A stretch of DNA of 64,000 nt, taken from a virus. Under the pieces are notes generated by a model. That model was not told the origin of the DNA. It worked only from the letters and a program-made list of their open reading frames with translations, and did not search any database. Location: positions 1 to 64,000 of the IMG/VR virus record IMGVR_UViG_3300032931_000905; one strand, 5' to 3'. Below are positions 48,298-58,341 of the stretch, one piece after another; position 1 is the first letter of the stretch, and each line of letters starts with the position of its first letter. A program made the translations under genes and the position numbers.

Positions 48298-48471
48298 TTA
48301 TTCCTGTAATAACTCGGCTTTACTCTCGTTGGTCGACTCTTTTGCCAGGGACGAGAGATTTTGGCGCATCAGGGCGACCAACTTACTCTGGAGGACGGCA
48401 ATATTGCCTTCGTTCTTTTCGATTTGGGCGACCAGGTCTCTGATCTGTTCATCGACGGTTTTCATGTTCAT
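48298..48471 (-). CDS. Small coiled-coil protein
   Basis: Heptad pattern, ends ELLQE. Confidence 0.5.
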   Translation of the reverse strand: MNMKTVDEQIRDLVAQIEKNEGNIAVLQSKLVALMRQNLSSLAKESTNESKAELLQE

Positions 48472-48643
48472 AGCTCCGATCATCATCGTGAAACTCCGAT
48501 GGGGTATCCTGGTATCGAGGTTCCCGATTGGGTTTAGGTTTTTTACTGCCCTGCGTCTGTTCCTTGTTGTCCCGAAACTTCTGTGGTTTCTTATTCTTTT
48601 CGATCAACCGAGTGCCAAACATGCCTTGTTCTCCTTGTATGAG

Positions 48644-48910
48644 TTATTCTGCGCTTGCACGACCATCATCGATATGATGATGTTGAAAATCTAACCAGGC
48701 ATGTCCTAATTCGTGCAAGAGGATATACCGTTTTCTATTGAGGGGAAGACTTTTCCGAATGTAGATGGTGCGTCCATCCACATACCAGAGACCGTCGGAA
48801 CCATGGTCCTTTCGATTGAATTCGCCATTGCTGAGTTGCTTGACCGTAATGACATACCCAAACGGCAGGACCACCTTTCGAGGAATCCTGGCTTGTCCTA
48901 TGTGTGCCAT
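48644..48910 (-). CDS. ImmA/IrrE-like HExxH metallopeptidase
   Basis: G.W.....IYI...L....RY.LLHELGHA; start re-called at MAHIG. Confidence 0.7.
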   Translation of the reverse strand: MAHIGQARIPRKVVLPFGYVITVKQLSNGEFNRKDHGSDGLWYVDGRTIYIRKSLPLNRKRYILLHELGHAWLDFQHHHIDDGRASAE

Positions 48911-49611
48911 GGTAGGGAGTCTCCGTGTTGTGACGCCATATACTGATTGCCGTTGACAAAGAATTGTAAGGCCGGCGAAGTTGAGGAGGCTCCGAGACGA
49001 TAATTGACTGTGTGTTGTTTGGTGCTTCGGCAATTCGGAAAGTAGTGAAGCAGATTCCCGAAAAATTGTCGATCTGCCGCATACTTCCCATACCAGGTAT
49101 GTCCAACTTTGGTCGCAATGTCCCGCGGTATTGCAAAACAGGAGGTATCAATATGATGGGTATCGACCGTACCCGCAATCGGATACTTGGGACCCAGGCT
49201 TTCGCAATTATCAGGGCACAAGAACTCACCTTTGAGGGTGACGATGTTCCGCAGGGTAAACGCCCAGGAACCTGGACTGAGGACCTTCCGATAGGCCTCA
49301 ATGAAATTCGGTTCGGCATAGTTATCTTCATCCAGATAACACAAGACCTCTTCGTTGACTAAAAACGAGGCCGCCGCATAGGCCCGATGCCCATACCAGC
49401 CACCGGCACCGATGTTTTCCGTGAGCCAGATAAACTTCATTTTATCGGTCAGGCCGACACGCATCACGATCTTATTCACGGCCGCATTGTACTGACTCCC
49501 ATCGACAATGATATAATGCACACAATCCTGTGCCTTGACGGACTCAAGACACTCCTCAAGTTCTGGCTTCCCAATCGTAGGGGTAATGACGGCCATCGTT
49601 CCGGTAAACAT
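48898..49611 (-). CDS. Glycosyltransferase family 2
   Basis: VITPTIG..L..C.ESV..Q...HYIIVDG, YLDEDN (DxD), IDTSCF, ADR.F. Confidence 0.85.
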   Translation of the reverse strand: MFTGTMAVITPTIGKPELEECLESVKAQDCVHYIIVDGSQYNAAVNKIVMRVGLTDKMKFIWLTENIGAGGWYGHRAYAAASFLVNEEVLCYLDEDNYAEPNFIEAYRKVLSPGSWAFTLRNIVTLKGEFLCPDNCESLGPKYPIAGTVDTHHIDTSCFAIPRDIATKVGHTWYGKYAADRQFFGNLLHYFPNCRSTKQHTVNYRLGASSTSPALQFFVNGNQYMASQHGDSLPWHT

Positions 49612-50045
49612 TATGCCTTGACCTCCCACGGCATATCAGGATAGGCTTGCTTGACCAGGGTGGCCGTCAAATGAGGTACCGCGAGTGTTTTGTTGATGAC
49701 CCCGGCCAACAAGGAGGCTTCGTCCTTATGGAGACAGGCCAATAAGGTATGGAGATTCTGCTCCGCTTTGCGAGGGGACATGGTCCCTTTTCGGGCAGGA
49801 TGATCCTTGACAAAGATATATAATTTTTTCACTTCTTGTTCCAGATAGGCCAGATTCAATCCCGCCGGATCGACGGAGGGCTTATACTTCGGTACCGTGA
49901 CCTCAAACACCGTGGAGGGATTGAAGGCATAATTCAAAAATTCCTTGAGTCCAGGGCTCGTATATTCACGGAGTATCCGCACTCGTTCCGCATCGTTGGG
50001 GGCGAGTGTGAGCTTATCGAAAATTTCTGAGAATAAGAAAATCAT
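49611..50045 (-). CDS. Conserved T4-like hypothetical protein
   Basis: SEIF..L...L..AF.P...P.YKP..P.G...L..E..KLY.F....E.....LL..LH..EA.L....K. Confidence 0.65.
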   Translation of the reverse strand: MIFLFSEIFDKLTLAPNDAERVRILREYTSPGLKEFLNYAFNPSTVFEVTVPKYKPSVDPAGLNLAYLEQEVKKLYIFVKDHPARKGTMSPRKAEQNLHTLLACLHKDEASLLAGVINKTLAVPHLTATLVKQAYPDMPWEVKA

Positions 50046-50055
50046 GGTATCCCTT

Positions 50056-50922
50056 CTAAAATTCATCAATCACGGAGATTAACTGAGTGAGTTGCTTCTT
50101 GACGAGGTATTGGAGAAACTCGCCTTTGGTATTCCGAGGTGCCTGGGTATGCGCCTGGACGATCTCGTTTTTCAGTGTCGCAGGGATCTGCTTCAGATCA
50201 ATGAGGACCTGATTCCGATGATAATTCCGCAACATCGTCGCATCACAGAAGGCCTCTGGCGGTTGCATCAACCATTGCACCAATTTCTTTTCTGTAATAG
50301 GTCGTTGCCGTCCACCGGTCACAAACACATCATCAGGAGAGAGGATATTCGGAATGCCGTCATCCTTATCCCCACGAATGATCAATTGCTTGAGTTGCAT
50401 CGCGGGCATGGATTCGATAATAAACTTTTTGAGCACCGGGGCATACTGTCGGACATTCTCATCGATTTGTAACTGAGGAAAGTCTTTATCACCAGAGATA
50501 ATCAACACAGGCTCCGATGCGGCGACATACGGCACCAAGGTCCCAATCACATCATCCGCTTCGGCCCCGTTGACCTTCACAGAGGTATAGGGTGTGTGCG
50601 TGAAGACTTCATCCAGGATCGTATTCATATGATAATGGATCGAGATCCAATCAAAGGTCGAGGTCATACGGTTGGCGGCACGCCGGGCTTTATAGTGGGG
50701 GAAGAGGTTCCTTCGCCAGTAGGTCGACGAATCGAATGCCAGGACGACCCCAGCAGACTGGGACGTATTGGCAAAGGTGCGTTTGAATTTGTTGACATTG
50801 CTCCGAAGAGAATTCAAGACAATCGCTCTGAGCAAGTCTTCATTGATGGGGGAATTTTTTTGCATCGCAATGTGTTGAAACATTGATGCGTAGGCGATAT
50901 TCGAGATGTCAATGATAATCAT
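50056..50922 (-). CDS. rnh: T4-type RNase H / 5'-3' flap exonuclease
   Basis: IID.S, YWRR..FP.YKA.R, EADDVIG, LIISGDKDF.QL, GDKDDGIPN.LS.DD. Confidence 0.95.
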   Translation of the reverse strand: MIIIDISNIAYASMFQHIAMQKNSPINEDLLRAIVLNSLRSNVNKFKRTFANTSQSAGVVLAFDSSTYWRRNLFPHYKARRAANRMTSTFDWISIHYHMNTILDEVFTHTPYTSVKVNGAEADDVIGTLVPYVAASEPVLIISGDKDFPQLQIDENVRQYAPVLKKFIIESMPAMQLKQLIIRGDKDDGIPNILSPDDVFVTGGRQRPITEKKLVQWLMQPPEAFCDATMLRNYHRNQVLIDLKQIPATLKNEIVQAHTQAPRNTKGEFLQYLVKKQLTQLISVIDEF

Positions 50923-50938
50923 GATGTATAGGTATCGT

Positions 50939-52063
50939 TTACAGAACTTTGAGTAACAGACAATCCTTATTTATGCGCCCAGCAAGCAGCTTCTCTTTGG
51001 TGGATATCTCCCCCAGGAAATGTTTGGTCTGGACCTTTCCTGCCTTGATGAATTGGGGGATTTGTTGTAGGGGCTTACGGAGCGTTTTCCCCACAGAACG
51101 AGATGCGGTATAATTCAGAATCGAGGAACCCTTGATGGATAATCCTTCGTCAGTATCGGCGACATAGACACCCAATTGTCGGGTCCTGATATTATACACA
51201 TACAAGGCCGACGCCCCGATGATCTTTTTGGCATCGATGGAGGAGGCGGCATACTCACCAAATTGCTCTGTGGTGTCGTGATATTTGAGGTGTTTGGTCA
51301 GTTGTTCGGGGGTCTTGACTTTTTTCTTTCGGGGTGCCTTCTGTTGATGCACCTCGCCGATGGTCAATAACGCATCCGACATGATTTGATCGGCATAGGA
51401 TTCCAGCTTGATGATTTCTGGTATCGTAAAATTTGAGTACCCTTCGACCAACTGCGCGTCGGTCCCTGCCAGGACGATTCGGTATTCATCCCGCATCTGC
51501 TTAAACTTATTGATGATCGCGGGAATCTGGTCCTGGGTCAGTTCATGCTTTTGGATAATCGTCAGAGGCGACTGGCTCCGCTTACAGTCCGACAGAATCA
51601 ATTCATCGACCGCCTGATCCAACGCACCCAGACAAGCAGACAGTTGAGCCTGTGAGGAGGTATTCGCAGGTTTGACTTTGACGGTCTTGGGTCGATCTGA
51701 GGTCTCCCCTTTGATGATGACTGGGGGCAAGGCAATCTCCTTGTCCATTTTCTGTATGGCGTTCTGGAGCCACACGGATGCCTTGGGAGACAGCACGGCG
51801 CCGCGCATCAGCATTCGGCACACATAGCCTAGCGTATTGGGGCGACTCTTGATTTTCGTTTCAGTATAGTCAATCTGATGCTTGGTACAAAAGCTTTGGA
51901 GATATTTGTGGGCATGGGAGGTGTCCCGATGCTGATTATACCAGTTGAGGTGTCGGCACAATTCCATCTCTTCCAGGGGCACCAAACCATCAAAGGTCGG
52001 TTCTTCGCCACCACTAATGGCATGGAGTCTGGATTCGTTGGATTCTTTTTTTGAAGAAGGCAT
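50939..52063 (-). CDS. Conserved T4-like hypothetical protein
   Basis: LNWYN, QL.EGYS, IIGA..L.VYN..R.L..Y, KTLRKP, GRIN....LLK. Confidence 0.7.
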   Translation of the reverse strand: MPSSKKESNESRLHAISGGEEPTFDGLVPLEEMELCRHLNWYNQHRDTSHAHKYLQSFCTKHQIDYTETKIKSRPNTLGYVCRMLMRGAVLSPKASVWLQNAIQKMDKEIALPPVIIKGETSDRPKTVKVKPANTSSQAQLSACLGALDQAVDELILSDCKRSQSPLTIIQKHELTQDQIPAIINKFKQMRDEYRIVLAGTDAQLVEGYSNFTIPEIIKLESYADQIMSDALLTIGEVHQQKAPRKKKVKTPEQLTKHLKYHDTTEQFGEYAASSIDAKKIIGASALYVYNIRTRQLGVYVADTDEGLSIKGSSILNYTASRSVGKTLRKPLQQIPQFIKAGKVQTKHFLGEISTKEKLLAGRINKDCLLLKVL

Positions 52064-52074
52064 AAGTCCTCGCG

Positions 52075-52326
52075 TTAAGTAATAATATTTTTGGGATCAG
52101 GAAGATTGTTGTCTGGTTGAGCGACGATGATCGGGTCATATACCGTAAAGACAAATGAAGGGGTACAGGGGCATCGAAGGACCAACGGACTATTAATTGC
52201 TTTACAATTCGGGCACCTCCAACCTTCAGGTACGGTGGCTGACTTCCCTTCACAAAACGCAGAAGGCGAATCAGTCAAGGGCCATGGTCTAGACTCGGCA
52301 AACCCTATGGTGGCGTGGTGTGTCAT
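52075..52326 (-). CDS. Small zinc-finger protein
   Basis: GWRCPNC...NSP....CPC. Confidence 0.55.
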   Translation of the reverse strand: MTHHATIGFAESRPWPLTDSPSAFCEGKSATVPEGWRCPNCKAINSPLVLRCPCTPSFVFTVYDPIIVAQPDNNLPDPKNIIT

Positions 52327-52337
52327 TGTATCCCTAT

Positions 52338-52604
52338 TTAGAATCGCACATTACCTTCATCGCCATCTTTATCGGCCCCTCGATTATAAATGGCCGACGT
52401 GGCAATCACCGTGACCTTCACAAAGGTGGGAGTCCCACACTTGGGGCAGTCATAGGGTGAGTGTCGATTGAGGTCTCCCAGGACGGCCATGGGTACCGTA
52501 TCGAGGGTAAAGACTTCCAAGAGACATTCGCCGGATTTGGATTGAAACTCAATATCCGTGTGACACTTGGGGCATGGTACCATAACCGAATCAAACATAC
52601 CCAT
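52338..52604 (-). CDS. Zinc-ribbon protein
   Basis: MGMFD....CPKC...EFQSK.G.C.L..CPKC; AGGA RBS. Confidence 0.6.
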   Translation of the reverse strand: MGMFDSVMVPCPKCHTDIEFQSKSGECLLEVFTLDTVPMAVLGDLNRHSPYDCPKCGTPTFVKVTVIATSAIYNRGADKDGDEGNVRF

Positions 52605-52608
52605 ATGA

Positions 52609-52875
52609 TTATTCCTTTGGTATTTTAGCAGCCAACAATCTGATACGCTTACCTGGTGCGTAACAGGAGTACCCATCGTCTTCTGGAATGCCATTTCGGA
52701 CTAATTCCATTTCCACTTCCCTGAGATCCGCCACATGCTCCTTGCAGGAAAACTCAAACAGCTGTCGGTTATGGTAGGCTTTGGTCGTCAAGTCTTGAAT
52801 CATATCCATCAATTCACACTTAGACAATTGAAAAAGAGTTTCCCGATCAATTTTTGGCGCATCTTTCAATGGCAT
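52609..52875 (-). CDS. Hypothetical protein
   Basis: GGGGAG RBS; operon orientation. Confidence 0.45.
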   Translation of the reverse strand: MPLKDAPKIDRETLFQLSKCELMDMIQDLTTKAYHNRQLFEFSCKEHVADLREVEMELVRNGIPEDDGYSCYAPGKRIRLLAAKIPKE

Positions 52876-53162
52876 ATCAATGTCTCCCCCAAAAGAACCC
52901 CATCAACATGACAATAAACACAACGGTCATGCAAATGTCTGTAACCATATTTATCCTTCCAGTGGTTCGTTGGATGCCCCGGCTTGGTAAACTTTCTCAA
53001 GTATCTTGCGGTTCCTCTCAATTGTCTCTTCCAATCCGCAGTTACAGATACCCGGAGGCACTTCCTCGTTCGCACAGCCCTCGGCTGCCAAAGGGCAGGA
53101 GTACCAGGAGTCATCATTCCAATAATGACCCCTGGAAACTTCTTCTGCAAGTATTCGCAGGT

Positions 53163-54335
53163 TCATCCTTTCACACACAGCACCTGGCGCAATGTCGCCA
53201 CGATTTTCACCAAGTCTTTTTGATTTTCCATGACCTGGTCAATGTTCTTGTACGCCCCAGGCAATTCATCGATGATGCCAGCGTCCTTCCGACACATGAT
53301 ACCATCAGTCTGTATAAGTACATCCTTCAGATCAAACGCTTGCTTTGCCTTGCTTCGTGACATGACACGGCCTGCGCCGTGAGAGCATGAACAGAACGAT
53401 TCGCTGTTTCCCAGGCCTTCAACGATATATGATCGGGTGCCCATCGATCCAGGAATAATGCCCATATCACCAACCCTAGCACGTACAGCCCCTTTGCGTG
53501 TAACAATAACATTTTCCCCATAGTGATCCTCCCGTTCTGCGTAGTTATGATGGCAGTTCACGGTCAATTGAGGGGCAATCACCGTGTCCTTGTCTCCAAA
53601 AATCACTTCAGCAATCGAGCGCATCACCAACTGCATCATGACTTCGCGGTTCTTCATGGCATACCGCTGGGCCCACTGAAGGTCCCGCCAGTACTCATTG
53701 AACAGTTCGGTGCCATCGTGCAAGTATGCAAGGTTCGGGTCTTCCAAGGAAATCATATAGGTCTTCATGACTTCCTTAGCCCGATCAATATAATAGTTCC
53801 CAATCCTGTTCCCAATACCGCGGGAACCTGAATGCAGCATGACCCAGACATTTTCTTCTAAGTCAATACACACCTCGATGAAATGGTTTCCACCACCGAG
53901 GGTGCCCATCTGCTTGACCACGCGCATAGGATCATCCAAAATCTTTTCAGGAAGCAATTCATAGCCTTCCATGCTGAATGGTGCTGCCGCAGAGTTGTGC
54001 ATGTCCTGCCCAACAGGTACCGCCTTGCTAATCGAGTCAAACAATCCCTGCAAGTTGTCAGGCAACCGCTTGGACTTGAATGGCATCTTGGCCGCCATCA
54101 TGCCACAGCCGATATCGACCCCGACACACGCAGGCACCACCGCACCCTTGGTGGCGACGACAGAACCGACAGTCGCCCCAATGCCATAATGCACATCAGG
54201 CATGACTGCGACATGCTTATAGATAAACGGCAACGTCGCCGTGTTCTTGAGTTGATCCAGGGCCTGGGATTCCACCGTCTCAATAGGAGACCAAATCTTG
54301 ATTGGCTTAGGGGTTGAATTTATCACATTAAACAT
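53163..54335 (-). CDS. rtcB: RNA ligase RtcB
   Basis: MPDVH.G.GATVG, VGVDIGCG, GTLGGGNHFIE, HSGSRG, HHNY, PGSMG, HGAGR, DELP.AYK.I..V. Confidence 0.97.
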   Translation of the reverse strand: MFNVINSTPKPIKIWSPIETVESQALDQLKNTATLPFIYKHVAVMPDVHYGIGATVGSVVATKGAVVPACVGVDIGCGMMAAKMPFKSKRLPDNLQGLFDSISKAVPVGQDMHNSAAAPFSMEGYELLPEKILDDPMRVVKQMGTLGGGNHFIEVCIDLEENVWVMLHSGSRGIGNRIGNYYIDRAKEVMKTYMISLEDPNLAYLHDGTELFNEYWRDLQWAQRYAMKNREVMMQLVMRSIAEVIFGDKDTVIAPQLTVNCHHNYAEREDHYGENVIVTRKGAVRARVGDMGIIPGSMGTRSYIVEGLGNSESFCSCSHGAGRVMSRSKAKQAFDLKDVLIQTDGIMCRKDAGIIDELPGAYKNIDQVMENQKDLVKIVATLRQVLCVKG

Positions 54336-54711
54336 ACATCACCTTTTCTTTGATCCAACGGGTTACTTCTCTGGCCACGATCCGGCACAAGACCACTCTG
54401 GGTACACTCTCTAACCAGGATACGGTATAGGGGTCGGGGGCATCCTGTAACAAATCTGCTTGGTCGAGGATCGCATCGATCCGTTTGTGTTCTTCTACGA
54501 GGATCGCCTTTTTGGCATTCATGATTTCGTCGGTCTGGATCTTCCTCAAGTCTTTTTCAATGTTCTCAGATTCCTTGAGGAATGCCGCAAGGAGAGTATC
54601 GATTTTCTCTGTCAGTTCTTGAGCGGTCATGGGGGTCCACCCGTCCTGGGGTTGTCTACGATACGACAACACCCCATTGATGATTTTCTCTTGATAAAAG
54701 AGTACACCCAT
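54328..54711 (-). CDS. Hypothetical protein
   Basis: Overlaps rtcB start; start re-called at MGVLFY. Confidence 0.45.
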   Translation of the reverse strand: MGVLFYQEKIINGVLSYRRQPQDGWTPMTAQELTEKIDTLLAAFLKESENIEKDLRKIQTDEIMNAKKAILVEEHKRIDAILDQADLLQDAPDPYTVSWLESVPRVVLCRIVAREVTRWIKEKVMYV

Positions 54712-54821
54712 GAGTGATCTACCAGGAATTCCACAACACAATCGAAAATCCAATCCAAAATACGACGACCATCAACACACCAAAGATTCCGACACCCAGG
54801 ATCGCCAGCGTAATCGCCAGT

Positions 54822-55013
54822 TCAAACATTACACACGGACTCCGCCACATACCTGGCATACTTTTTCTTATCGTGATTCACGGCGTCCTCGTATTCGGAG
54901 GTCATGAAGTCCTTAGGTTCCAATTCGTCAAATTCCTCAAACGCCCGTTTCAGGTCCTCGCGGTTTTCGAGAATCCACAGATGATATGGTATAGGGTCTT
55001 TATGCGAAAACAT
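54822..55013 (-). CDS. Small acidic hypothetical protein
   Basis: GAGG RBS before MFSHKD. Confidence 0.4.
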   Translation of the reverse strand: MFSHKDPIPYHLWILENREDLKRAFEEFDELEPKDFMTSEYEDAVNHDKKKYARYVAESVCNV

Positions 55014-55197
55014 ACACGGCCCTCTTTCGTTCAAAATCCTCAAGAATCCATTTGACCTGACGGTCAGAGAGAATCGGATGAATAAACCCAGTCACCGAAT
55101 TGAAAAGCAGGTTCGCCTGGCGATCATAGACCTTCAGGTGTTCCTTGGTCCTGGACCACTTCAATTCCAAATCGAGATCGGATAGTTCTTTACTCAT
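55000..55197 (-). CDS. Small hypothetical protein
   Basis: GGAGG RBS before MSKEL. Confidence 0.45.
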   Translation of the reverse strand: MSKELSDLDLELKWSRTKEHLKVYDRQANLLFNSVTGFIHPILSDRQVKWILEDFERKRAVYVFA

Positions 55198-55250
55198 AAC
55201 ATCCTCCATTCAAGTATTTTGTGGCACCACTTATACGATTCACTCTTTCC

Positions 55251-56402
55251 CTATTCATAGTCACGAATAGCAACCCCAACCGGGAATATCGGTATACCAG
55301 AATCAGACAGGGCCTGATATCTAACTGTAAGGGGCAAATTCATATACTGCTCACGATTCTTCCATTGTTCCTGGCGGACTTCATCCGCCCCTTTGCATCG
55401 GACGCTGAAGGTCTTGCCATTCTTGATCGTGCAGACGAATATCGCCTTGCCTTCATCTTTACCTGTTCCTTCATCACACCCGACAATCTTAAATTCCGCA
55501 TCCAAAAAGTCTTTATGTTTTTGGAGTTGATTGTCACGATATTGAAAGTTATACGCTTCATTGCCACCGCTGCGTATAATGGAACCTTCGTAACCCGCGG
55601 CCATATACTCGGCATGGATCTTGTCGATATTCTTGGGAGACAGGATCTTGATCGTCTCGACCAATCGGAGATAGTTCAGGCCAGTAGGAATGTTCTGGCG
55701 ATACTTGATATACCGATCTGCGAATCCCAACTTGTCGGTCGTCGGGCGATCATAGCACCAGAATTTCACATACTTCTTCAGTCTATCAAGTTCCGGCGTC
55801 TTCTCGTCTTTTATCAAGGACATGAGTTCTTGGAAGGTCAGGTCCCCGTGGTTATACATTTCCCCATCGAGGATATCCCCATTTTTCATGAAACTCAAAA
55901 ACTCCTGCTCCATGTAGAGATTGAAATTTTTGTACTGCTTGGACTTACGCGACCAAAAGATGATCTTGTTGTCTTTTCGTTCGACCAAACAACGGACCCC
56001 GTTCAGCTTCGGCTGGATATACGCGGGCCATACAAGATGTTGAGACCTCTCTTTATACTTCTGCGCCAGCATCGGTAGAAGCTTGAGTTGGATTTTCCCC
56101 ATCCCTTTGTCAATCGTAGGCAGGTGGATAGAGTAATTGCTATCATGTTTTTTCTTCCATTTCGATTCGGCCTCTAAGAGGGCCTGCTCATACGGGGTCG
56201 TTTCATTAGACTTGCCGATGTTCATACCAGCGCGAATCGTTTCAGGTGAATGCTGAATCTTTCCATTAAGTTGGCCATGTGAGACCGTAATCACGGCGTC
56301 TTTGGCATATTCAGACACCTGAATGTCCCAGACCTTGGTCACCCCTTTGGAGGAAGTGCCGTACAGCGTAGGGAATTTTTTAGTGGCTTTGGGAAGGGTC
56401 AT
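55251..56402 (-). CDS. ATP-dependent DNA ligase
   Basis: PMLA, QPKLNGVR (motif I), LDGEMY, YD, GYEGSIIR, KHK.F.DAEF, TVRYQ..S..GIP.FP. Confidence 0.93.
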   Translation of the reverse strand: MTLPKATKKFPTLYGTSSKGVTKVWDIQVSEYAKDAVITVSHGQLNGKIQHSPETIRAGMNIGKSNETTPYEQALLEAESKWKKKHDSNYSIHLPTIDKGMGKIQLKLLPMLAQKYKERSQHLVWPAYIQPKLNGVRCLVERKDNKIIFWSRKSKQYKNFNLYMEQEFLSFMKNGDILDGEMYNHGDLTFQELMSLIKDEKTPELDRLKKYVKFWCYDRPTTDKLGFADRYIKYRQNIPTGLNYLRLVETIKILSPKNIDKIHAEYMAAGYEGSIIRSGGNEAYNFQYRDNQLQKHKDFLDAEFKIVGCDEGTGKDEGKAIFVCTIKNGKTFSVRCKGADEVRQEQWKNREQYMNLPLTVRYQALSDSGIPIFPVGVAIRDYE

Positions 56403-56438
56403 GTCGGAGGCTCCTGTTTGTTTGTTGTTCATATTAAG

Positions 56439-56467
56439 AGTATAACATAACAGGATCGGGGTGTCAA
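56439..56467 (-). promoter_or_regulatory. Sigma70-type promoter with upstream IHF-like site (56484-56496)
   Basis: TTGACA-N17-TATACT with TG; AATCAAAGACTTA upstream. Confidence 0.75.
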
Positions 56468-56639
56468 GAACTATTTTGAGGGGTAAGTCTTTGATTTAGA
56501 AGGGTTTGTCGGTTTTCGTCTCTTGGGCTTGATAAATTCCCGCTCAATCCTGAGATAATTCTGGCGCATGATCGCCTCCGCGTGATTCACGCCGGAATTC
56601 ACGATCTCGTTCCAATCATCAGAGCATTGTTGTCGGTCT

Positions 56640-57497
56640 TTAGACATGAGCATACCTTCTGAATCCCATGACCATGCCGACGGCGAGGAACAGATAGATC
56701 CATGTGGACGGTTCGGGCACATTCGTCTGTGGCACATTAGGAGCAACAGGAGGCGCGGTCGTCGTAAACGAGATCGGCGCATCATAGGAACAGGGCCGGG
56801 CAATGCTCTGACAGACTCGGAGATTATCAAAGCCCACCGTGAATCCAGGGGTCGTCGTCGCATGCCCAAAATTAAACACCAGGGCGCCTATGGGGGCATT
56901 ATGAGCAAACACGGTAGGGACATTCGTATTGATCGGAATGTTCATGGTATCCAGGTCATAGTGGAACCATCCAGTTCCAGGCGGGATGCCGATACCCAAG
57001 GCAAACACATTCGGGCCCGCATCAGGGCCTTCGTTCCCTAAAATATTGATCTGCAAGAAGGCAGCATTATCATGGTAGATATCCACGCCTTGGAAGGTAA
57101 ACTCGGCGTCATGCTTGCCAGGCTCGGCGTCATGCTTGCCATGAAGACCTAGGGCCGGAATGTAGGTCATCATATTCGTGGATAAATTTTGAAAGATATT
57201 AGTCGTGGCCATGTGATTAAAAATGGCATTCGTCGCATTCCCACCGATACCAGATTCCAAGTTCCAATCGACCAATGAGGCCACTTGACTCATGCGAAAC
57301 GGGCCCGCATTGACGGTAGGCGGTTCGATGCCTGGAAAACCATTCAATTGATTGGTGGCAGACACTATCGGCACCAGCGCATCAAAATTGATCGTCGTGG
57401 CCTGTACCCGCCCAGTCATGACCAGACACGCCAGGATTACCATGGACGCCCCCAGGGCCCAGACACCGACTCGTTGTAACATCGTTCTATTCTTCAT
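56640..57497 (-). CDS. PEP-CTERM exosortase-substrate surface protein
   Basis: Signal peptide (..VQA|TTINFD), C-terminal VPEPSTW + TM + FRR; AGGAG RBS; start re-called. Confidence 0.88.
   Translation of the reverse strand: MKNRTMLQRVGVWALGASMVILACLVMTGRVQATTINFDALVPIVSATNQLNGFPGIEPPTVNAGPFRMSQVASLVDWNLESGIGGNATNAIFNHMATTNIFQNLSTNMMTYIPALGLHGKHDAEPGKHDAEFTFQGVDIYHDNAAFLQINILGNEGPDAGPNVFALGIGIPPGTGWFHYDLDTMNIPINTNVPTVFAHNAPIGALVFNFGHATTTPGFTVGFDNLRVCQSIARPCSYDAPISFTTTAPPVAPNVPQTNVPEPSTWIYLFLAVGMVMGFRRYAHV
57102..57141. repeat. 21-bp-period tandem duplication within the PEP-CTERM gene
   Basis: ctcggcgtcatgcttgcca twice; GKHDAEP-GKHDAEF. Confidence 0.9.
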
Positions 57498-57636
57498 CTT
57501 ATTGCTCCTTGATTGTAGAGTCATACCTATTTCTATGCGAGAATCCAGTACACCAGGACAGCCAGGGCCCATAAGGTGATCGAGACCACGAGGCCCCACA
57601 GGATACCGACGGCCGGCGCTAAGTTATCGTGTTGTT

Positions 57637-57867
57637 TCATAGGTTCACACCTTTGAGTAGATAGGAGGTCGTCGTCAACTGCATGACAAACTCTTCCACG
57701 ACACATCCCACATAGGGATTGTACGCCGGATCGCTTTGAGATAACTTCAAATGGGCACGCAAGTGATTCAGGGCCACCCATGTCTTACCCTGCTTGGTCC
57801 ACGTAATCCGATGAGGTGAACCTCCGGTACTATACAGACCGTGGGGATTGCGTATCTTATAGATCAT
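57637..57867 (-). CDS. Hypothetical phage protein
   Basis: YKIR...GLYS.GG....W...GKTW...HL; AGGAG RBS. Confidence 0.6.
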   Translation of the reverse strand: MIYKIRNPHGLYSTGGSPHRITWTKQGKTWVALNHLRAHLKLSQSDPAYNPYVGCVVEEFVMQLTTTSYLLKGVNL

Positions 57868-57874
57868 TCTCTCC

Positions 57875-58111
57875 TCAATTCAGATCCATGCCACACACCC
57901 TTTCAGGTATGCTGACTTCAAAATTTGGATCGTTCTTCGGATCGACCCAACGGAAATCCTTGCCATCTTGGCTACGAATAAACAGGCGACCATCTGAAGG
58001 CGTCACCCCGGCCATCGTGGCCCTGTCAAGGTCCCACAAGAACCCACGGTTCAAGCACACCGTCTTGCCTTTGCGGGTCTTGGGTATCAATTGGACTCGT
58101 TCGTTCTTCAT
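57875..58111 (-). CDS. Hypothetical protein
   Basis: ATGA coupling to the upstream gene. Confidence 0.5.
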   Translation of the reverse strand: MKNERVQLIPKTRKGKTVCLNRGFLWDLDRATMAGVTPSDGRLFIRSQDGKDFRWVDPKNDPNFEVSIPERVCGMDLN

Positions 58112-58341
58112 ATCCCACCATCTAACTCCATCACCTGCCTGGTGAGGTCATCGTTCTCAGCGGTCAATAGATCGATTTGGTGTGCATGGGCCTCGATCAT
58201 GTTCAGAAGGAATAGGATATCCTTCTGACCTTGGCGGATAAACTTCGTGGTATCCATGAGGTCCTTCAAGGGGTCCAAGGATTCCCAACGGCCAAGCAGT
58301 GTTTCAATCTCAATCATCGTCTTGTTCATCACAGTCTCCAT
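58108..58341 (-). CDS. Hypothetical coiled-coil protein
   Basis: Operon orientation, overlapping stop/start. Confidence 0.45.
   Translation of the reverse strand: METVMNKTMIEIETLLGRWESLDPLKDLMDTTKFIRQGQKDILFLLNMIEAHAHQIDLLTAENDDLTRQVMELDGGI

Noticed and set aside
55221-56078. 285-aa plus-strand ORF
   Set aside because: Fully antisense to the DNA ligase, with no motifs
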